A DNA stretch of 64,000 nucleotides from contig NC_043000.1 of NCBI RefSeq assembly GCF_006345805.1, positions 90,830,001 through 90,894,000 on the forward strand, given 5' to 3'. The notes beneath the pieces are model-generated. The model had not been told where the DNA came from and did not search any database. It saw nothing but the letters and a program-made list of their open reading frames with translations. Made by a program: the position numbers and the translations under genes. This stretch comes from Octopus sinensis. Taxonomy: Eukaryota. Below, piece by piece: positions 11,626-23,864 of the stretch; within the stretch, counting starts at the first letter, position 1, and the number at the start of each line of letters is the position of its first letter.

Positions 11626-12155
11626 GAGTGAGAGACCATTGCATGCCATCAACGTGACACTGGGGTAATATACAAAAGGCAGTATACACATCATGACTAC
11701 TCGTCTGATAAAAGTACACGAGGTAAATGCATCACAACCATATATGCGCGACATGGTGAACTCATATGAAGATAAACAGCGCATGACCATTCAGGTTAGA
11801 ATTTTCTTCAGGTCGAGTAACCCATCAAAAGGTCCTTGAATAAGGGTTGTTTAAAGATGTTGAACAAAACAACCATGTTTCCAAAGGTGAATTATCCAAA
11901 TCCTAAAGAATTTCTCTCAACACATAGCTGTGATGCTCCCTCACTACTTCTGCACATGATCAGAGATGCACATAGCGTCAGCCACTAAGAGACGTGCTCA
12001 ACTGGTTAATGTCAAACAACTGACAAGCAAAACTGTGGTATTGAGCAGAATATTTGCTGTAGCCTATCTTTATACCAAGACAAATCAATATACATAATAA
12101 CACTTCCAATCAGTTAAGATCAGAAGCAATGAAAGCAACTTCCTAGTGCTGCATC
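11626..12155 (+). repeat. Unclassified ~550-bp interspersed repeat, copy 1 of 3
   Basis: Colinear with 31457-32033 (+) and 21708-22212 (-); bordered by ttatt and an (ATT)n tract; no ORF. Confidence 0.85.
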
Positions 12156-12163
12156 ATCATCAC

Positions 12164-12192
12164 CATTATTATAATTATTATTATTATTTTAA

Positions 12193-12227
<35 letters not shown>

Positions 12228-12307
12228 GTTGTTGTTGTTGTTGTTGTTGTTATTATTATGACAACAACAACAACAACAACAATAATAATAATAACAACAA
12301 CAACAAC

Positions 12308-12365
<58 letters not shown>

Positions 12366-12372
12366 TTAACAT
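12164..12372. repeat. Compound (ATT)/(GTT)/(AAC)/(AAT) trinucleotide array
   Basis: Direct observation. Confidence 0.95.
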
Positions 12373-12474
12373 TATTAGTATTGTACTGGGGTCGCTGTAA
12401 TCGACTAGGTCTTCCTGCAACATTTTAGGCTTTATGCCTGAAGTAAACAAATTTGTATATGTATATCATAGGTT

Positions 12475-12651
12475 CAGACATGTCTGTGTCATGAAGAAGG
12501 TCGATTTCTGACGACGTAGTCTTGGACGATGTCCTGCTGCTTTGCATCTAGTGTAAGTGTCTTCTAGCATAGCCTTGGGCCGGTCAGTGCCTAGTTAGTG
12601 AAATTGACTTACTGATGTTGTGTTGAAATCCTCTTGTAAGTATTATATACA

Positions 12652-12712
<61 letters not shown>

Positions 12713-12810
12713 GCATAAGCATACATATGTATGTATGTGCGTATATATATGTGTCTATATATATATGTGTTGCTTGTGTATATACGTATGTATGTATGTA
12801 TGTATGTATG

Positions 12811-12843
<33 letters not shown>

Positions 12844-13087
12844 TATAATATACACATACACACACATACACACACAGTGCACTGAGTGTGTCTTTGTGTT
12901 TATCCCTTTCCCTTTTGCTATCAATGTTTTGGTTTGTTTATGTCCGCGTAGTCTAGCGGTTCGGAAAAAAACAAACTGATAGGATAAGTACCAGACGAAG
13001 GGTCGATTTATTCGATTAAATTCTTCAAGGCGGTACTCCATCATGGCCACATTCGAATGACGGAAACAAGTAAAAGATGAAAAGTTA
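12475..13087 (+). mobile_element. OR-like SINE, degenerate, with about 230 bp of internal microsatellite
   Basis: Head-half match (aagtgtcttctagcatagccttgggccg) and tail match (aaggcggtactccatcatggccac...gaaacaagtaaaaga). Confidence 0.55.
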
Positions 13088-13314
13088 GACATAGATATAT
13101 ATATATCCCATCCTTCCCTATGTCATATTATCGATGTAAAATCTCGAAGATTCCTTATTGCTATCGCTAGGTTTAAACGGGAAGATGTAGATTACCAGGA
13201 AGCTGAAGACACCAACGCAATATTTAAACTCAGTTGGAGATCCTTTCCATCACTCTGGGAACAAGCATCAGCATCAAAAAACATGTACCACCTCTTATAT
13301 ATAGGGTATTCATG

Positions 13315-13524
13315 GCAGCGAGGTGGCAGAATCGTTAGCATGCCGGGGAAAATGCTTAGCGGCATTTCGTCTGTCTTTACATTTTGAGATCGAATTCTGC
13401 CATGGTCGACTTTGCCTTTCACCCTTTCGGGGTCGATAAATTAGGTACCAGTCAAGTTCTGGGGTCCATGTGATCGAATATCCTCCTCCCCACAAATTCC
13501 AGGTCTTGTGCCTATAGTATAAAT
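13315..13524 (+). mobile_element. OK-like SINE
   Basis: ggcagcgaggtggcagaatcgttagcatgccgggg...gtcgactttgcctttcaccctttcggggtcgataaattaggtacc...ccttgtgcctatagta-type tail. Confidence 0.85.
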
Positions 13525-13526
13525 GC

Positions 13527-14830
13527 TTCTTCTTCTTCTTCTTCTTCTTCTTCTTCTTCTTCTTCTTCTTCTTCTTCTTCTTCTTCTTCTTCTTCTTCTT
13601 CTTCTTCTTCTTCTTCTTCTTCTTCTTCTTCTTCTCTTCTCTTCTTCTTCTTCCTCTTCCTTCTTCTTTTTATTTTTGAAGAAAAATCTCAACTTATTTT
13701 GCTGGGTATGATGGAAAGTGTCAGTTGTCCTCAGCCAACAGACTATGGTGATTCTTGTTTGCTGATCATGCTTCAAGATTCCTGCGAAGAACACTTGCAG
13801 TTTCAAGCAATGATGAGTTTTGTAGGTTCCTATTTTTTCATTTGTACCAATGTTTGTACTTGAGTGTTGATAATTCCAATCGCTCCAATTACAATTGCTA
13901 TCATGTCCGCTCTCTTCATTGCCCGCATCCTGCCTAATTGCCACATGATACTGTCATAGTTGTTCACTTTTTCTTGTTTCTTTTTGATCCTTTTGTCACC
14001 GGGATATGCTATGTCGATTATCATGCAATTCTTTTTTCTCTTTTGTTCGCTACAATAATGTAAGGTTTCCGATGTCTGATCTGATGTTCACATTCAATCA
14101 TTGCATCTTCCAAGATTTTGCAATTTTCATTCTCCGTAACTCATGGCATTTAGTCATACCAGCCTTAGCTCTTTGTAGGCCGTAATTACTACAGCGCTCT
14201 CAATGTATTATTCTTGATGCATTGTCATGTTGTCTTTCGTATTCACGTTCTGCCAATTTCGAGCATTCACCCCTCTCACCACACAATCTGCATTTGTCAC
14301 TCTCTCAGCTGTGTTGTCAATTCTGCACTTCACACAGTTCGTCCTTGGTCTTGTGTCGCGCATATAGGTGCGCCTGTCTCTATCTCCAGGTCATTACTCA
14401 GCATCCATAAACCACTGGTTCTTTATCTGTCTTGTCCGTATCTCTTGCAAACTGACCGTACATTTTTTCATCTTTCCATGTTATCTCTTCACACAATTAT
14501 CAATTTTGATGATGCCAGATTTCTTCACATGTGTCAACAACGGTTCTACGGTATTTTTTACATACCATCCTAAACTGTTTTCCTCTGCTTCAACACAATC
14601 CTGACAATTGATCAAACCTCTCACACCCTTCCTTCTGGACAACTACAATTTTTCTTGGGATGGAATACGTCGTGCCCTGCCAATATTTTCTGAGTCTTCG
14701 TATCCAAGCCCATCAGTTCTTTCTTTTGCCAGTTTATGATTCAAGCTCCATACCAAAGTGATGCTATCGCCCATATATTTACTACTTGGGTTTTATTCCA
14801 TCCAGTCAATTTTGAGCACGAGGGACAGCT
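13527..14830 (-). mobile_element. 5'-truncated R4/Dong-like non-LTR retrotransposon (RT end, zinc knuckle, restriction-like endonuclease) with (AAG)n tail; pseudogenised
   Basis: Minus-strand frames give ..RKGVRGLINCQDCVEAEENSLGWYVK.., DKCRLCGERGECSKLAEREYERQHDN and IIDIAYPGDKRIKKKQEK..IVIGAIG (ORF 13830-14024). Motif order matches RLE-clade elements; (CTT)n at 13527-13660 is the tail. Confidence 0.8.
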
Positions 14831-14978
14831 AGCTGAATTGGTAGCTCATCAAAATGTTTTCCGGCTCTTTACACTTTGAGTTCAAATTCCGCCGAGGCCA
14901 ACTTTGCCTTTCATTACTAGTGGTGGTGGGGGTTCTCGATAAAATAAGGGACCAGTCAAGAATTGGATTCGATAGCAT
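14830..14978 (+). mobile_element. OK-like SINE, degenerate
   Basis: gagttcaaattccgccgaggccaactttgcctttcat...gataaaataagggaccag. Confidence 0.65.
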
Positions 14979-15049
14979 CGACTGTTGCTCTTCTTACAAA
15001 AGTATTAACCTTGTGCTTAAATTAGAAACAGTGATTATTGTTGTTGTTG

Positions 15050-15780
15050 CCGTTATTATTATTGTTGTTTTCTTAATTATCCTCCTCTTCCTCCTCCTCC
15101 CCGTCATTGTGGTCATCAGCATTATCGTCATCAGTTGCAGGAGCTGCAGCAGGGGCGGCAGCAGCAATGGTAGTAGTAGTAGTGATTGCGGTGTCTTCTG
15201 TACTAAAGACGATGGTGACCGTGTTTCGTGATGTTGTTGCTTGGTGGCACAAATGGTGGGCGCGGCGGTAGAGGTAGTGGTTGTGGTGGGGCACTGGTGA
15301 TAGCAGTGATAGCAATCGTGGTGTGATGGTAGTTGAAACAGACGCGGTGCTGGTGGTAGCGGCAAAGGTGGCGATGATGATGATGATAGCGTTAGCGACG
15401 GCAGTGGTGGTGGTCGCAGTGGGTGTGATGGTGACCGTGATGACGGAGGTGGAGATAGTGGCTGCAGCTCTGGTGGTGCCGTTGGTAGTGGCGGTGGTAG
15501 CGTTTATGGCGACGCCAGCAGTAGTGGTGGGAGTAGTAGCTTCAGCAGTATGGTAGTGGTGGTGGTGGTGGTTATGGTGGCGGTGATGGTTGTAGTAGTG
15601 GTTGCGGTCGTGATAGCAGTGGCGGCAGTGGTGGTGTAGCAGTGGTAGTGGCATAGACAATGGCAGAGATGGTGGTGATGGTAACGGTGTGATGATTGTT
15701 GTTCTTCTTGTTGCTGCTGTTGTGTTCTTGTCGTTGTTGTTACTGTTGCTGTTGTTGTTGTGCTTCCTTTTCTTGTTGAT
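15050..15780. repeat. Degenerate GC-rich trinucleotide low-complexity tract (GTG/GTA/GAT/GTT)
   Basis: Direct observation; yields overlapping Thr/Val/His-rich ORFs on both strands. Confidence 0.8.
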
Positions 15781-16023
15781 CACTGCAAGTCAAACCATCT
15801 CAATAATTTTCTTCAATCGTTTCTAATTCTGGTTCGTTACTAAAGACTCCAATTGATATCTATATTATTTCCCAATTGTGCTAACCATCCATGTGAGACC
15901 AATTCTAATTGGATGCTTAATTAGATTTACCAATTCCTATTCATCAAACAATTTTCACCAATATTCTTTGCCGGTGGTGACCTTGAATATTTTCTTTTTC
16001 TTTTCGCAATTTTTATATTCTTG

Positions 16024-16075
<52 letters not shown>

Positions 16076-16338
16076 TGTGTGTGTGTGTGTGTGTGTGTGC
16101 ATAACTGAGTAGTTGTGTGTTTGGGTGAGAGGTGACTGTATATGTGTGTGTGAGTGTGTATATGAATGTGTGTGTGTGTATGTTCATTTGTAAATAAACC
16201 TACGTACATATACTGTATACACATATATAAGCACGCACGCATGCACACACACACACACGAGACATGTTATGTTAGAATGTGTCATTCTTAATATATTGAG
16301 ATATAGCACACACGCAAACACAAACATATTTGGTACAG

Positions 16339-16439
<101 letters not shown>

Positions 16440-16492
16440 CATATATATATATATTTATATGTATGTATGTATGTATGTATGTATATATATAT

Positions 16493-16545
<53 letters not shown>

Positions 16546-16723
16546 GTTTATTGCCACTTCAACATAACTGTTCTGTACGGAACGACGTTACAACTATTTT
16601 TATCCCCAGGAGAACTCCTTCGCCAGCTGGTTAACAACAAAACCTGTGTCCGATATATTGCAAGCAGAGGAGCGATATCCTACCGTCTAGCGATTTGACA
16701 GGACTAGTAGACCAGCCTATATC

Positions 16724-17093
16724 GACTTCACCAGTTCCAATTTTTGGCCTCCAAATTCCCACCATTGTAATCCAAAGAGGTACTCCTTGGGTGGCACAGT
16801 TGAGAAACAGATCAACCGCACTGCCTGCAATACCGAGGCCGAGCTGGTGGCCAAGGACAATGAGGTATTGAAAGATCTTCCCAGGGACAGAATGAGAAAG
16901 GCATGCACCAGGTTCCGAAGACGTCTTGAGGCCGTGGTGAAAGCTGAGGGTGGTAAATTTGAATAAACTTTTATCTCCCAGCAGTAATCTACTTGATATT
17001 TTTTGATTTGTTAAAATACTTCTATTTTTGGATCGGATATTATGCTTTCTTTTCTTTGTATACAAACTGTCAAATTTAACTCGAACACTCTGT
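16724..17093 (+). mobile_element. Tc1/mariner (maT-like) transposase C-terminal fragment plus right terminus
   Basis: 16724-16966 translates DFTSSNFWPPNSHHCNPKRYSLGGTVEKQINRTACNTEAELVAK..RMRKACTRFRRRLEAVVKAEGGKFE*, i.e. WPPNSPDLNP-like and RLEAVVxAEGG motifs. Terminus ..aactcgaacactctgTA. Confidence 0.75.
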
Positions 17094-17418
17094 AACACAC
17101 ATACGCACTCATAAATATAATGCATGTAAGTATATATATGTATATACATATGTAAATAGATACAAATGTTTGTGTTTATGTGTTTTGTGAATATGTTCCC
17201 ATGCACACGTTTCATAAACATGCATTTAGACATCCTGTGTCTATTGAAATCTAGGGGTTGTCTCTCGATCACAGTTTCTTTTTCTTTCACTCTATTTATT
17301 TGCCGCTTCTCTCTCTCTTTCTCTCTCTCGCTCTCTCTCATCCTGTGGATTGAAAATATTACTTTACATTTAAATACAAATCCTCCCGCCTTTCCTCACC
17401 TGAATTTCCTTATTCCAG

Positions 17419-17502
17419 CTGTTGCAAACAGAGAGCAGAAATGGTGTCCTCGGCAGGATATCGATTCTAAAAGACTGGCACGAAGATATGAAAGAAACAA
17501 TG
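17419..17502 (+). CDS. Candidate coding exon A of an unidentified host gene: LLQTESRNGVLGRISILKDWHEDMKETM
   Basis: Pyrimidine-rich acceptor ttccttattccag, donor ATG|gtatcc, 84 nt, phase 0/0; joins exon B in frame. Confidence 0.5.
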
Positions 17503-17898
17503 GTATCCTAATAATTGTTTCTAAGTCTGTCGTATTTACTCGCCATATTGCCATTGTAATCTCAGCAGTTTACTAACAAAATAATTACCCAAATATTTAT
17601 TCAACAAGTAAATAATTAATCCGCGAATATATGCTTTTAATTATTCGTCTCTTTATATATTCATTAAGATTTCGATTTTTAAAAATGTCGCAGCATTCTG
17701 TCTATAGCCGAAACACTGAAAGCACTAAAGCTCAGTCTATGAAATATCAAATGATATATTTTAGCGTCATTGTTATGAGGACTTTATAAAATGACTTTTA
17801 TAATAACTGTGTTTATTCACAGATCTAAAATAAACAGAGCATTTATCTAAGTTCTAAAGGTAACCATTCTATCTTTATTTTTATATTCAATGTATATA

Positions 17899-18116
17899 CG
17901 GGAGGGTGCTAAAAAGTTCTTGGCTTTAAGGGTATGACGAAAGGCCTAGATGGAGACCCAACCTTTCGAGTTCTTTTACAAGGTTTAGAAAATCTGAAGG
18001 ATCGCTGCAATTGGTGTGTGAATCTGAGAGAAGAATATGTTGAATAAAATCATAATTAATTGGTCCTCCTGTATTTTCTTTTATCGAAAGCCAGGAACTT
18101 TTTCAGCACCATCTCG
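17899..18116 (+). mobile_element. Internally deleted mariner MITE with TA target duplication
   Basis: TIRs cgggagggtgctaaaaagttcttggcttt / aaagccaggaactttttcagcaccatctcg flanked by TA. Interior retains a transposase end, LQGLENLKDRCNWCVNLREEYVE*. Confidence 0.85.
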
Positions 18117-18500
18117 TAGTATTTTCTAATGCGTTCTTATCTTGATGGTGTGGGATTTGTGAGAGAGTTTACTGCTATTACTTACAGCCAATCAACCAAG
18201 TAAAGATTCCATAGATGGCTCCCACAGTTTGAGAACTATTTTATCATTAATCAGGAATGAAATTTTCTTGCAGCATCTTCACCAATGGAGGATTTATCTT
18301 TCATTCTTTTAAACTTATTCGAAAACCAAAGACATAATCTGACGTTAGGTATTATTGTTTTCGAGAAACGAATTTTACTACACTTCGTACTAGGACATTA
18401 TAATTTAATGGGAAGGGAAAATAAAATGACATGACGTTTAGATCGTTCAACAGCTCATTAGCTACATAACTAACAATAACACTTTCTTCAATCTCTTCAG

Positions 18501-18613
18501 CATGTTGACCATCTTGAAACCCACCACTGTACACGACTTCTTACAGCTGTCGAAGACATATTCAAGAGGAACGCTAACCAGTCGATTTTCTCGACCCCGC
18601 AGGGCCTGCAAAT
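18501..18613 (+). CDS. Candidate coding exon B: HVDHLETHHCTRLLTAVEDIFKRNANQSIFSTPQGLQ
   Basis: Strong acceptor ctttcttcaatctcttcag, donor AT|gtatgt, 113 nt, higher GC than flanks, phase 0/2. This is the only stop-free frame combination with exon A. Confidence 0.55.
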
Positions 18614-20054
18614 GTATGTACAAAGTAACCCTCGCCCTAGACCAACACAATAATCTTAAAACACACACACACTCAACAAATTATGATAAACACAAGTTAA
18701 TATATGTGTGTGTGTGTTTGTGTGTATACATGTATGGATGCATATATATATATATATATATATACATGTGTATATGTGTATTTATGTATGGTGAATTGAA
18801 TTCAACCAAGAAAAGAAACCGCTTTTATATATTCGACTGACTTGCCAAGAGCTTTTGTCTTATTGCACGGCACTCGCCACCAGTTATTCAATATATTACA
18901 TAGCGCTGTCTCCATAACTTAAAACACTCGTGGATATATGTCATAATTCTACGTTGACCACCCTCGAACTTTTTACAATTTTGCTGAGATAATATGGAAA
19001 TGAGATAGGAAGACATATTAAACATTGCTATTAGAGGTCTTGGTAAATGGTTAATGGTGTGTCTTTAATCAAAATTACTTGTAAAAATTATCTTCTGACA
19101 CAAAAACAAAGAGAAACAATTTCTAGTAAATATATTCTAGCTGTCAACGGTAGATCAAATAGGCTTGAAGCTAAAACAGAAGAAAAATTCAAAGCTTATA
19201 ACCATTTACCCAAGACGAATAACAAAAAACATAAATGTCTATACAAATACACACACACATATACATATGTATATTCATACATATGCACATACACAAACAT
19301 ATATACATATATCTATCTATATATATTTATGTTTAAGTGTGTACATATATATATATACATATATAAATATATATATGCACATATACATACATATAAACAT
19401 TTATATGTATATACACACGCACACAGACATCACATGTATATATATATGTGTGTATATATGTGTATATATATATATGTGTATAGATAGATAGATAGATATA
19501 TAGATAGACAGATGTACATATTTATACACGCACAAATATACATATACATATGCGTATATGCAGATGTAGGTGTTAATGTAATAAAATACCTCGGTTTGAG
19601 GGAGATTTTTTTATTATTTTCGTACGATTAACCCCTACAGGAGAATGAAATAGATTTATGCTCTCCTCTAGTGGTAGTTGGGCTTTCCTAAAAAAATAAT
19701 CCCAGACTCCTAATATTTGCTGAGATATCATGTTATTAAAAATTTTCAGGGTTCTTCAGGCAATAACAAGAAAAAAATATAAAGAACTTTTTCTTAAAAA
19801 ATATGAAGAAATCCGAGGAAATAAAAAAAACAAACAAGATTCTCTTTTCTATTTTGTTTTTGTATATTCATGTAATTCTTTTTTTATTTAATCGCTACCT
19901 TAAAGGCTTTGCTAAGACAAGTTAAACTGTTCAACAATTCCGACACCAAAATCCTTTATTTTTTTTTAATATACATATTTTTTTGTTTCTCATGCTTTTT
20001 GAGGCTTTTTTTCTTTTACTATTTTTTTGTTTGTTAATTTTCAATCACTGCCAG

Positions 20055-20091
20055 TCGCAGATCCTTATTTCAAGAATATCAATCTTCCTAG
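20055..20091 (+). CDS. Candidate terminal exon C: (I)RRSLFQEYQSS*
   Basis: Acceptor ttttttgtttgttaattttcaatcactgccag; a phase-2 entry continues exon B to TAG at 20089-20091. Short and weakly supported. Confidence 0.25.
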
Positions 20092-20499
20092 GCATATTTC
20101 TTCATCGTCGGATTCCAATGACATACACAGTAGAGAAAACAATTTCAAATAAATTCTTCTCTCCTGGGAAGTTTTCAATTGACAATCTGCCATTCAAAAT
20201 CTACTGCTGTTAGAAGCAATGGAGATTTAAGAAAGTACATTGTCTATATAAAGATGGCCCCTTAACCCCAAAATGTCAACTCCTATTACTTCAGTGAATA
20301 CTATTTAAGTTGGTTTATTCATGAAGGATTCTCATTTCATTGAGGTAATTCTCTGTCAGGTCATTTATTAAGGTCTTAAACAAGACTTTTAGGCCAATAT
20401 TACACTTGTACAAACTAATAACCTTCGTGAAAATTTTACGTCTGTTACCTAATAAATAATTACTAACACTGTTAATAAAGGTTTCAAATTTTGACACAA

Positions 20500-20702
20500 G
20501 GCCGGCAATTTCGGAGAAGTTTAGGTCGATTACATTGACCCCAGTACTCAATTGGCACTTATTTTATTGACACCGTAAAACGGAAAGGATGAGATGCAAA
20601 GCCTACCTCGGCAAATTTTGAACTCATAACGTAAAGACGGACGAAATGTTGCCAACAATTTTGTCTGGAGCGGTAACGCTTCTGTCAACTCGCCGCCTTG
20701 CT
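20500..20702 (-). mobile_element. OK-like SINE
   Basis: Reverse complement of head (aaggcggcgagttgacagaagcgtta) and body. Confidence 0.75.
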
Positions 20703-20715
20703 AATAATAATAATA

Positions 20716-20752
<37 letters not shown>

Positions 20753-20754
20753 GT

Positions 20755-21190
20755 AAGGCAGCAAGCAATTTGGCAGAATCGTTAGCACGCCAGGTGATAC
20801 GCTTAGCGGCATTTCGTCTGTCTCAGCGTTCTGAGTTCAAATTCCGCTGAGGTCGACTTTGCCTATCATCCTTTCGGGGGTCGATAAACTAAGTACCAGT
20901 TACGCACTGGGATCGATGTAATCAACTTAATACCTTTGTCTGTCCTTGTTTGTCACCTCTATGTTTAGCACCTTGTGGGCAATAAAGAAATAAGAATCGT
21001 TAGCTCGCTAGGTGATATGCTTAGCAGCATTTCGTCTGTCTCAGCGTTCTGAGTTCAAATTCCACCGCGGTCGACTTTGCCTTTCATCCTTTTGGGGTTG
21101 ATAAACTAAGTACCACTTGAATACTGGGATCGCTGCAATCGACTTATCCCTCCTCTGAAATTGCTGGCCTTGAGTCAAAATTTGAAATCA
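20755..21190 (+). mobile_element. OK-like SINE dimer
   Basis: Head, body unit ending aataaagaaat, then partial head and second body with a different tail. Confidence 0.8.
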
Positions 21191-21199
21191 ATATTAATG

Positions 21200-21636
21200 A
21201 TAGTTTGAAATTTTGGTACAGGACCAGAAGTTTTGAAGAAAAGTGAAAACCTGATTTCGCCGACCCCAGTATTCGATTAGTACTGTATTTTATCGTTCCT
21301 GAAAGCATAAAAATCAAGCTTGTCGTTATCAGAGTTTGAACTCAGAATATAAAAAGCAGAAACAAATTTCACGCAGCATTTTGTCAGACGCGCTAATGAC
21401 TCTGCCAGAACGCCACCGACATATAAGTAGTAATAATCCTTTCTACTATAGGTACAATTCTGGAATTCTGGGGGAGGGGAATAGTTAATCGCATAAATTC
21501 CAGTACTCAAGTGGTTCTTTTATCTACCACAAAAGGGTGAATGGCAAAGTCGGCCCGGCTCAGAACTTAGAGACAGACAAAACGCCGCTAAACATTCTGT
21601 CTGGCTTGCTAACAATTCTGCTACCTCACCGCCTTA
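21200..21636 (-). mobile_element. Two tandem OK-like SINE copies
   Basis: Each has tttgaactcagaa/ctcagaac and a head ending ..ctctgccagaacgcca / ..tctgctacctcaccgcctt. Confidence 0.7.
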
Positions 21637-21692
<56 letters not shown>

Positions 21693-21707
21693 CAACAACA
21701 ATAACAA

Positions 21708-22212
21708 CATGTACATTGCTTTGTCCCATGTATATTGTTTTGTCTTGGTATAAACATAGGCTACAGCAAATATTCTGCTCAATACCACAGATTTGCTTGT
21801 CAGTTGTTTGACCATAACCAGTTGATCATGTCCCTTAGTGGCTGACGATATGTGCATCCCTGATAATGAGCAGAAGTAGTGAGGGAGCATCATGCCCATG
21901 TGTTGAAAGGAATTTTTGAGGATTTGGATAATTCACCTTTAGAGACATGGGTATTTCGTTCAATATCCTTAAACAACTCTTATTCAGGCACCTTTTGAGC
22001 GGGATGGGCTACTCAACCTGATGAAAATTCTTACTGGGCCCTACCTGCAAGGTCATGAACTGTTCATCTTGAAATGAGATCACCATGTTGCGCGCATATA
22101 TTTGTGTTGCATGTGCCTGGTGTACCGTTATGAGAGGGGTAGTCATGATGGGTATATTGGGCTTCGTATATTTGTACGCCAGATCTACTTAGATGGTATG
22201 CACTGCTCTCTC
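21708..22212 (-). repeat. Unclassified ~550-bp repeat, copy 2 of 3 (lacks about 55 bp at one end)
   Basis: Reverse complement colinear with 31457-32033; bordered by (AAT)/(AAC)n and caataat. Confidence 0.85.
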
Positions 22213-22974
22213 AATAATCCTTTCTACTGTAGGCACAAAGCCTGAAATTTGTGGAGAGGGAGTATGTCGATTACATCGACCCCAGTGCGTAACTGATACT
22301 TATTTCATCGACCCCAAATGGATAATGTTCAGCTTTTCTTCTAATTGCTTCTTTTAGTTTATTAACTATTTATACTTCTACTCTAGTTCTCTCTTTCACT
22401 TGCTCTTTACAAAATTCTAATGACTCATATGTAACAACCCTCTTTAGGTTTCCCCATCATTAGTTATTGACTATTTCCCCCGTCAACTGTCTCTTAACTA
22501 GCACGCTAATCAGGTCTCGGTTGCCTTTTCGCCCAGGGAAAGAGCTGTTCAACTTTCAGTAGCCGGTTCCCAGTCTATAAGTCTTACCTACATATTTGTG
22601 ATCTGTGTAACCGACCAACCTGCGTTGTGGACGCCCTAACATATCTTTGTTAGTTAACCTAACTAATTTCTATCCAAGTAAGATATGGTACGCTATGTCC
22701 CAAGTCCAAATTAGCACATTCGGGAGATCCAGTCGGTACTTGTCAGATAGTTGGAAACGTCTGAGCAGGTTTCCGAGACTTTTACATCCACTTTTATGGG
22801 TTAAACCTTCCCAAGCTTCTCGTGCGTCCAAAATACCATTCCAATACCCTACTATAATTAAAGAGGAAGGTTTCTAGACGTCTAAAGAAATCTGGCCGTC
22901 GAACCCAGACGAGTGCATAGACAGCCGCTCGTCAGATGGTACTGCCTTTAGTGTCACTAATAATAAGGATAATA

Positions 22975-23187
22975 ATAGTTTCTGCTATAGGCACAAGGCC
23001 TGTAATTTTGGAAGAGGGGATTAGTTGGTTACATCGACTCCTGTGCCCCACTTTATTTAGTTTATTGACGCTTACAAAATGAAAGAAAAAGTCTATCTCG
23101 GCGGAATTAGAACTTGCAACGTAAAGACGGGTGAAATGCCGCTAAGCATTTTGCCTGGCATGCTAGCGATTCTGCCAGGTCGCCGCA
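22975..23187 (-). mobile_element. OK-like SINE
   Basis: ggcacaaggcctgtaatt tail through ..gattctgccaggtcgccgc head. Confidence 0.8.
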
Positions 23188-23188
23188 A

Positions 23189-23236
<48 letters not shown>

Positions 23237-23257
23237 TAATAATAATAATAATAACAT

Positions 23258-23395
23258 TGAAAAATACCTTAGGAATGAGAACCCAGTCGAAATTTCCCCA
23301 AGACACCTGATGAAGGCTGGAGGTATATCGGCCGAAACGTTGTGTTAACAACAAACAAGATGAGAACAAATATCAGTCAAATGTAAATAATGTAT
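23258..23395 (+). mobile_element. ~140-bp hammerhead-bearing repeat, best copy (ribozyme motif at 23302-23346)
   Basis: gacac-CTGATGA-a-ggctgg(aggtata)tcggcc-GAAAC-GTT-gtgtt. Stem I gacac/gtgtt, 6-bp stem II, AACGTT palindrome. Further copies at 23447-23495 (-), 24302-24438 (+), 30541-30668 (-), 30787-30869 (+). Confidence 0.7.
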
Positions 23396-23531
23396 ATAAT
23401 GAAGCAAACATGTTTGCTGCTCTATATTTAAGAGATGAGGAATAATGTACATTATTTACATTATTTACATTCGACGGATATTTGTCCTCATCTTGTTTGC
23501 TGTTATAATAATAATGATAATAATGATGATG

Positions 23532-23576
<45 letters not shown>

Positions 23577-23726
23577 TAATAATAATAATAATAATAAAAG
23601 ACGACGACGACGATGATGTTTATGATGATGGTGAGGATGATGTTGATGATGAAAATAATATTTATTGTCATCGATACTAAGCCATACATGAAGGCAGATG
23701 TATAACCAACAAATATAACTGCCCAC

Positions 23727-23797
23727 GGGCAAATGGCGTAGTGGTTAAGAGCGGGGGTTACTAACCCCAAGATTCTGAGTTCGATTCCAGGCTGTGA
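23727..23797 (+). mobile_element. Short tRNA-like SINE (head only) with (AAT)n tail
   Basis: Box A TGGCGTAGTGG and box B GTTCGATTCC at tRNA spacing; no acceptor stem; directly followed by (AAT)n. Confidence 0.65.
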
Positions 23798-23799
23798 CA

Positions 23800-23861
<62 letters not shown>

Positions 23862-23864
<3 letters not shown>

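Noticed and set aside
13184-13295. Possible + strand exon FKREDVDYQEAEDTNAIFKLSWRSFPSLWEQASASKN
   Set aside because: Poor donor, no homology recognised, and no demonstrable link to the exons at 17419 and 18501.
15073-15783. 236-aa Thr/His-rich mucin-like ORF and its overlapping ORFs
   Set aside because: Degenerate trinucleotide tract open in several frames; no splice or domain support.
23727-23797. Possible tRNA gene (also heads at 40069, 50574, 60295)
   Set aside because: A and B boxes present but no acceptor stem or full cloverleaf; each continues into a SINE body or tail.
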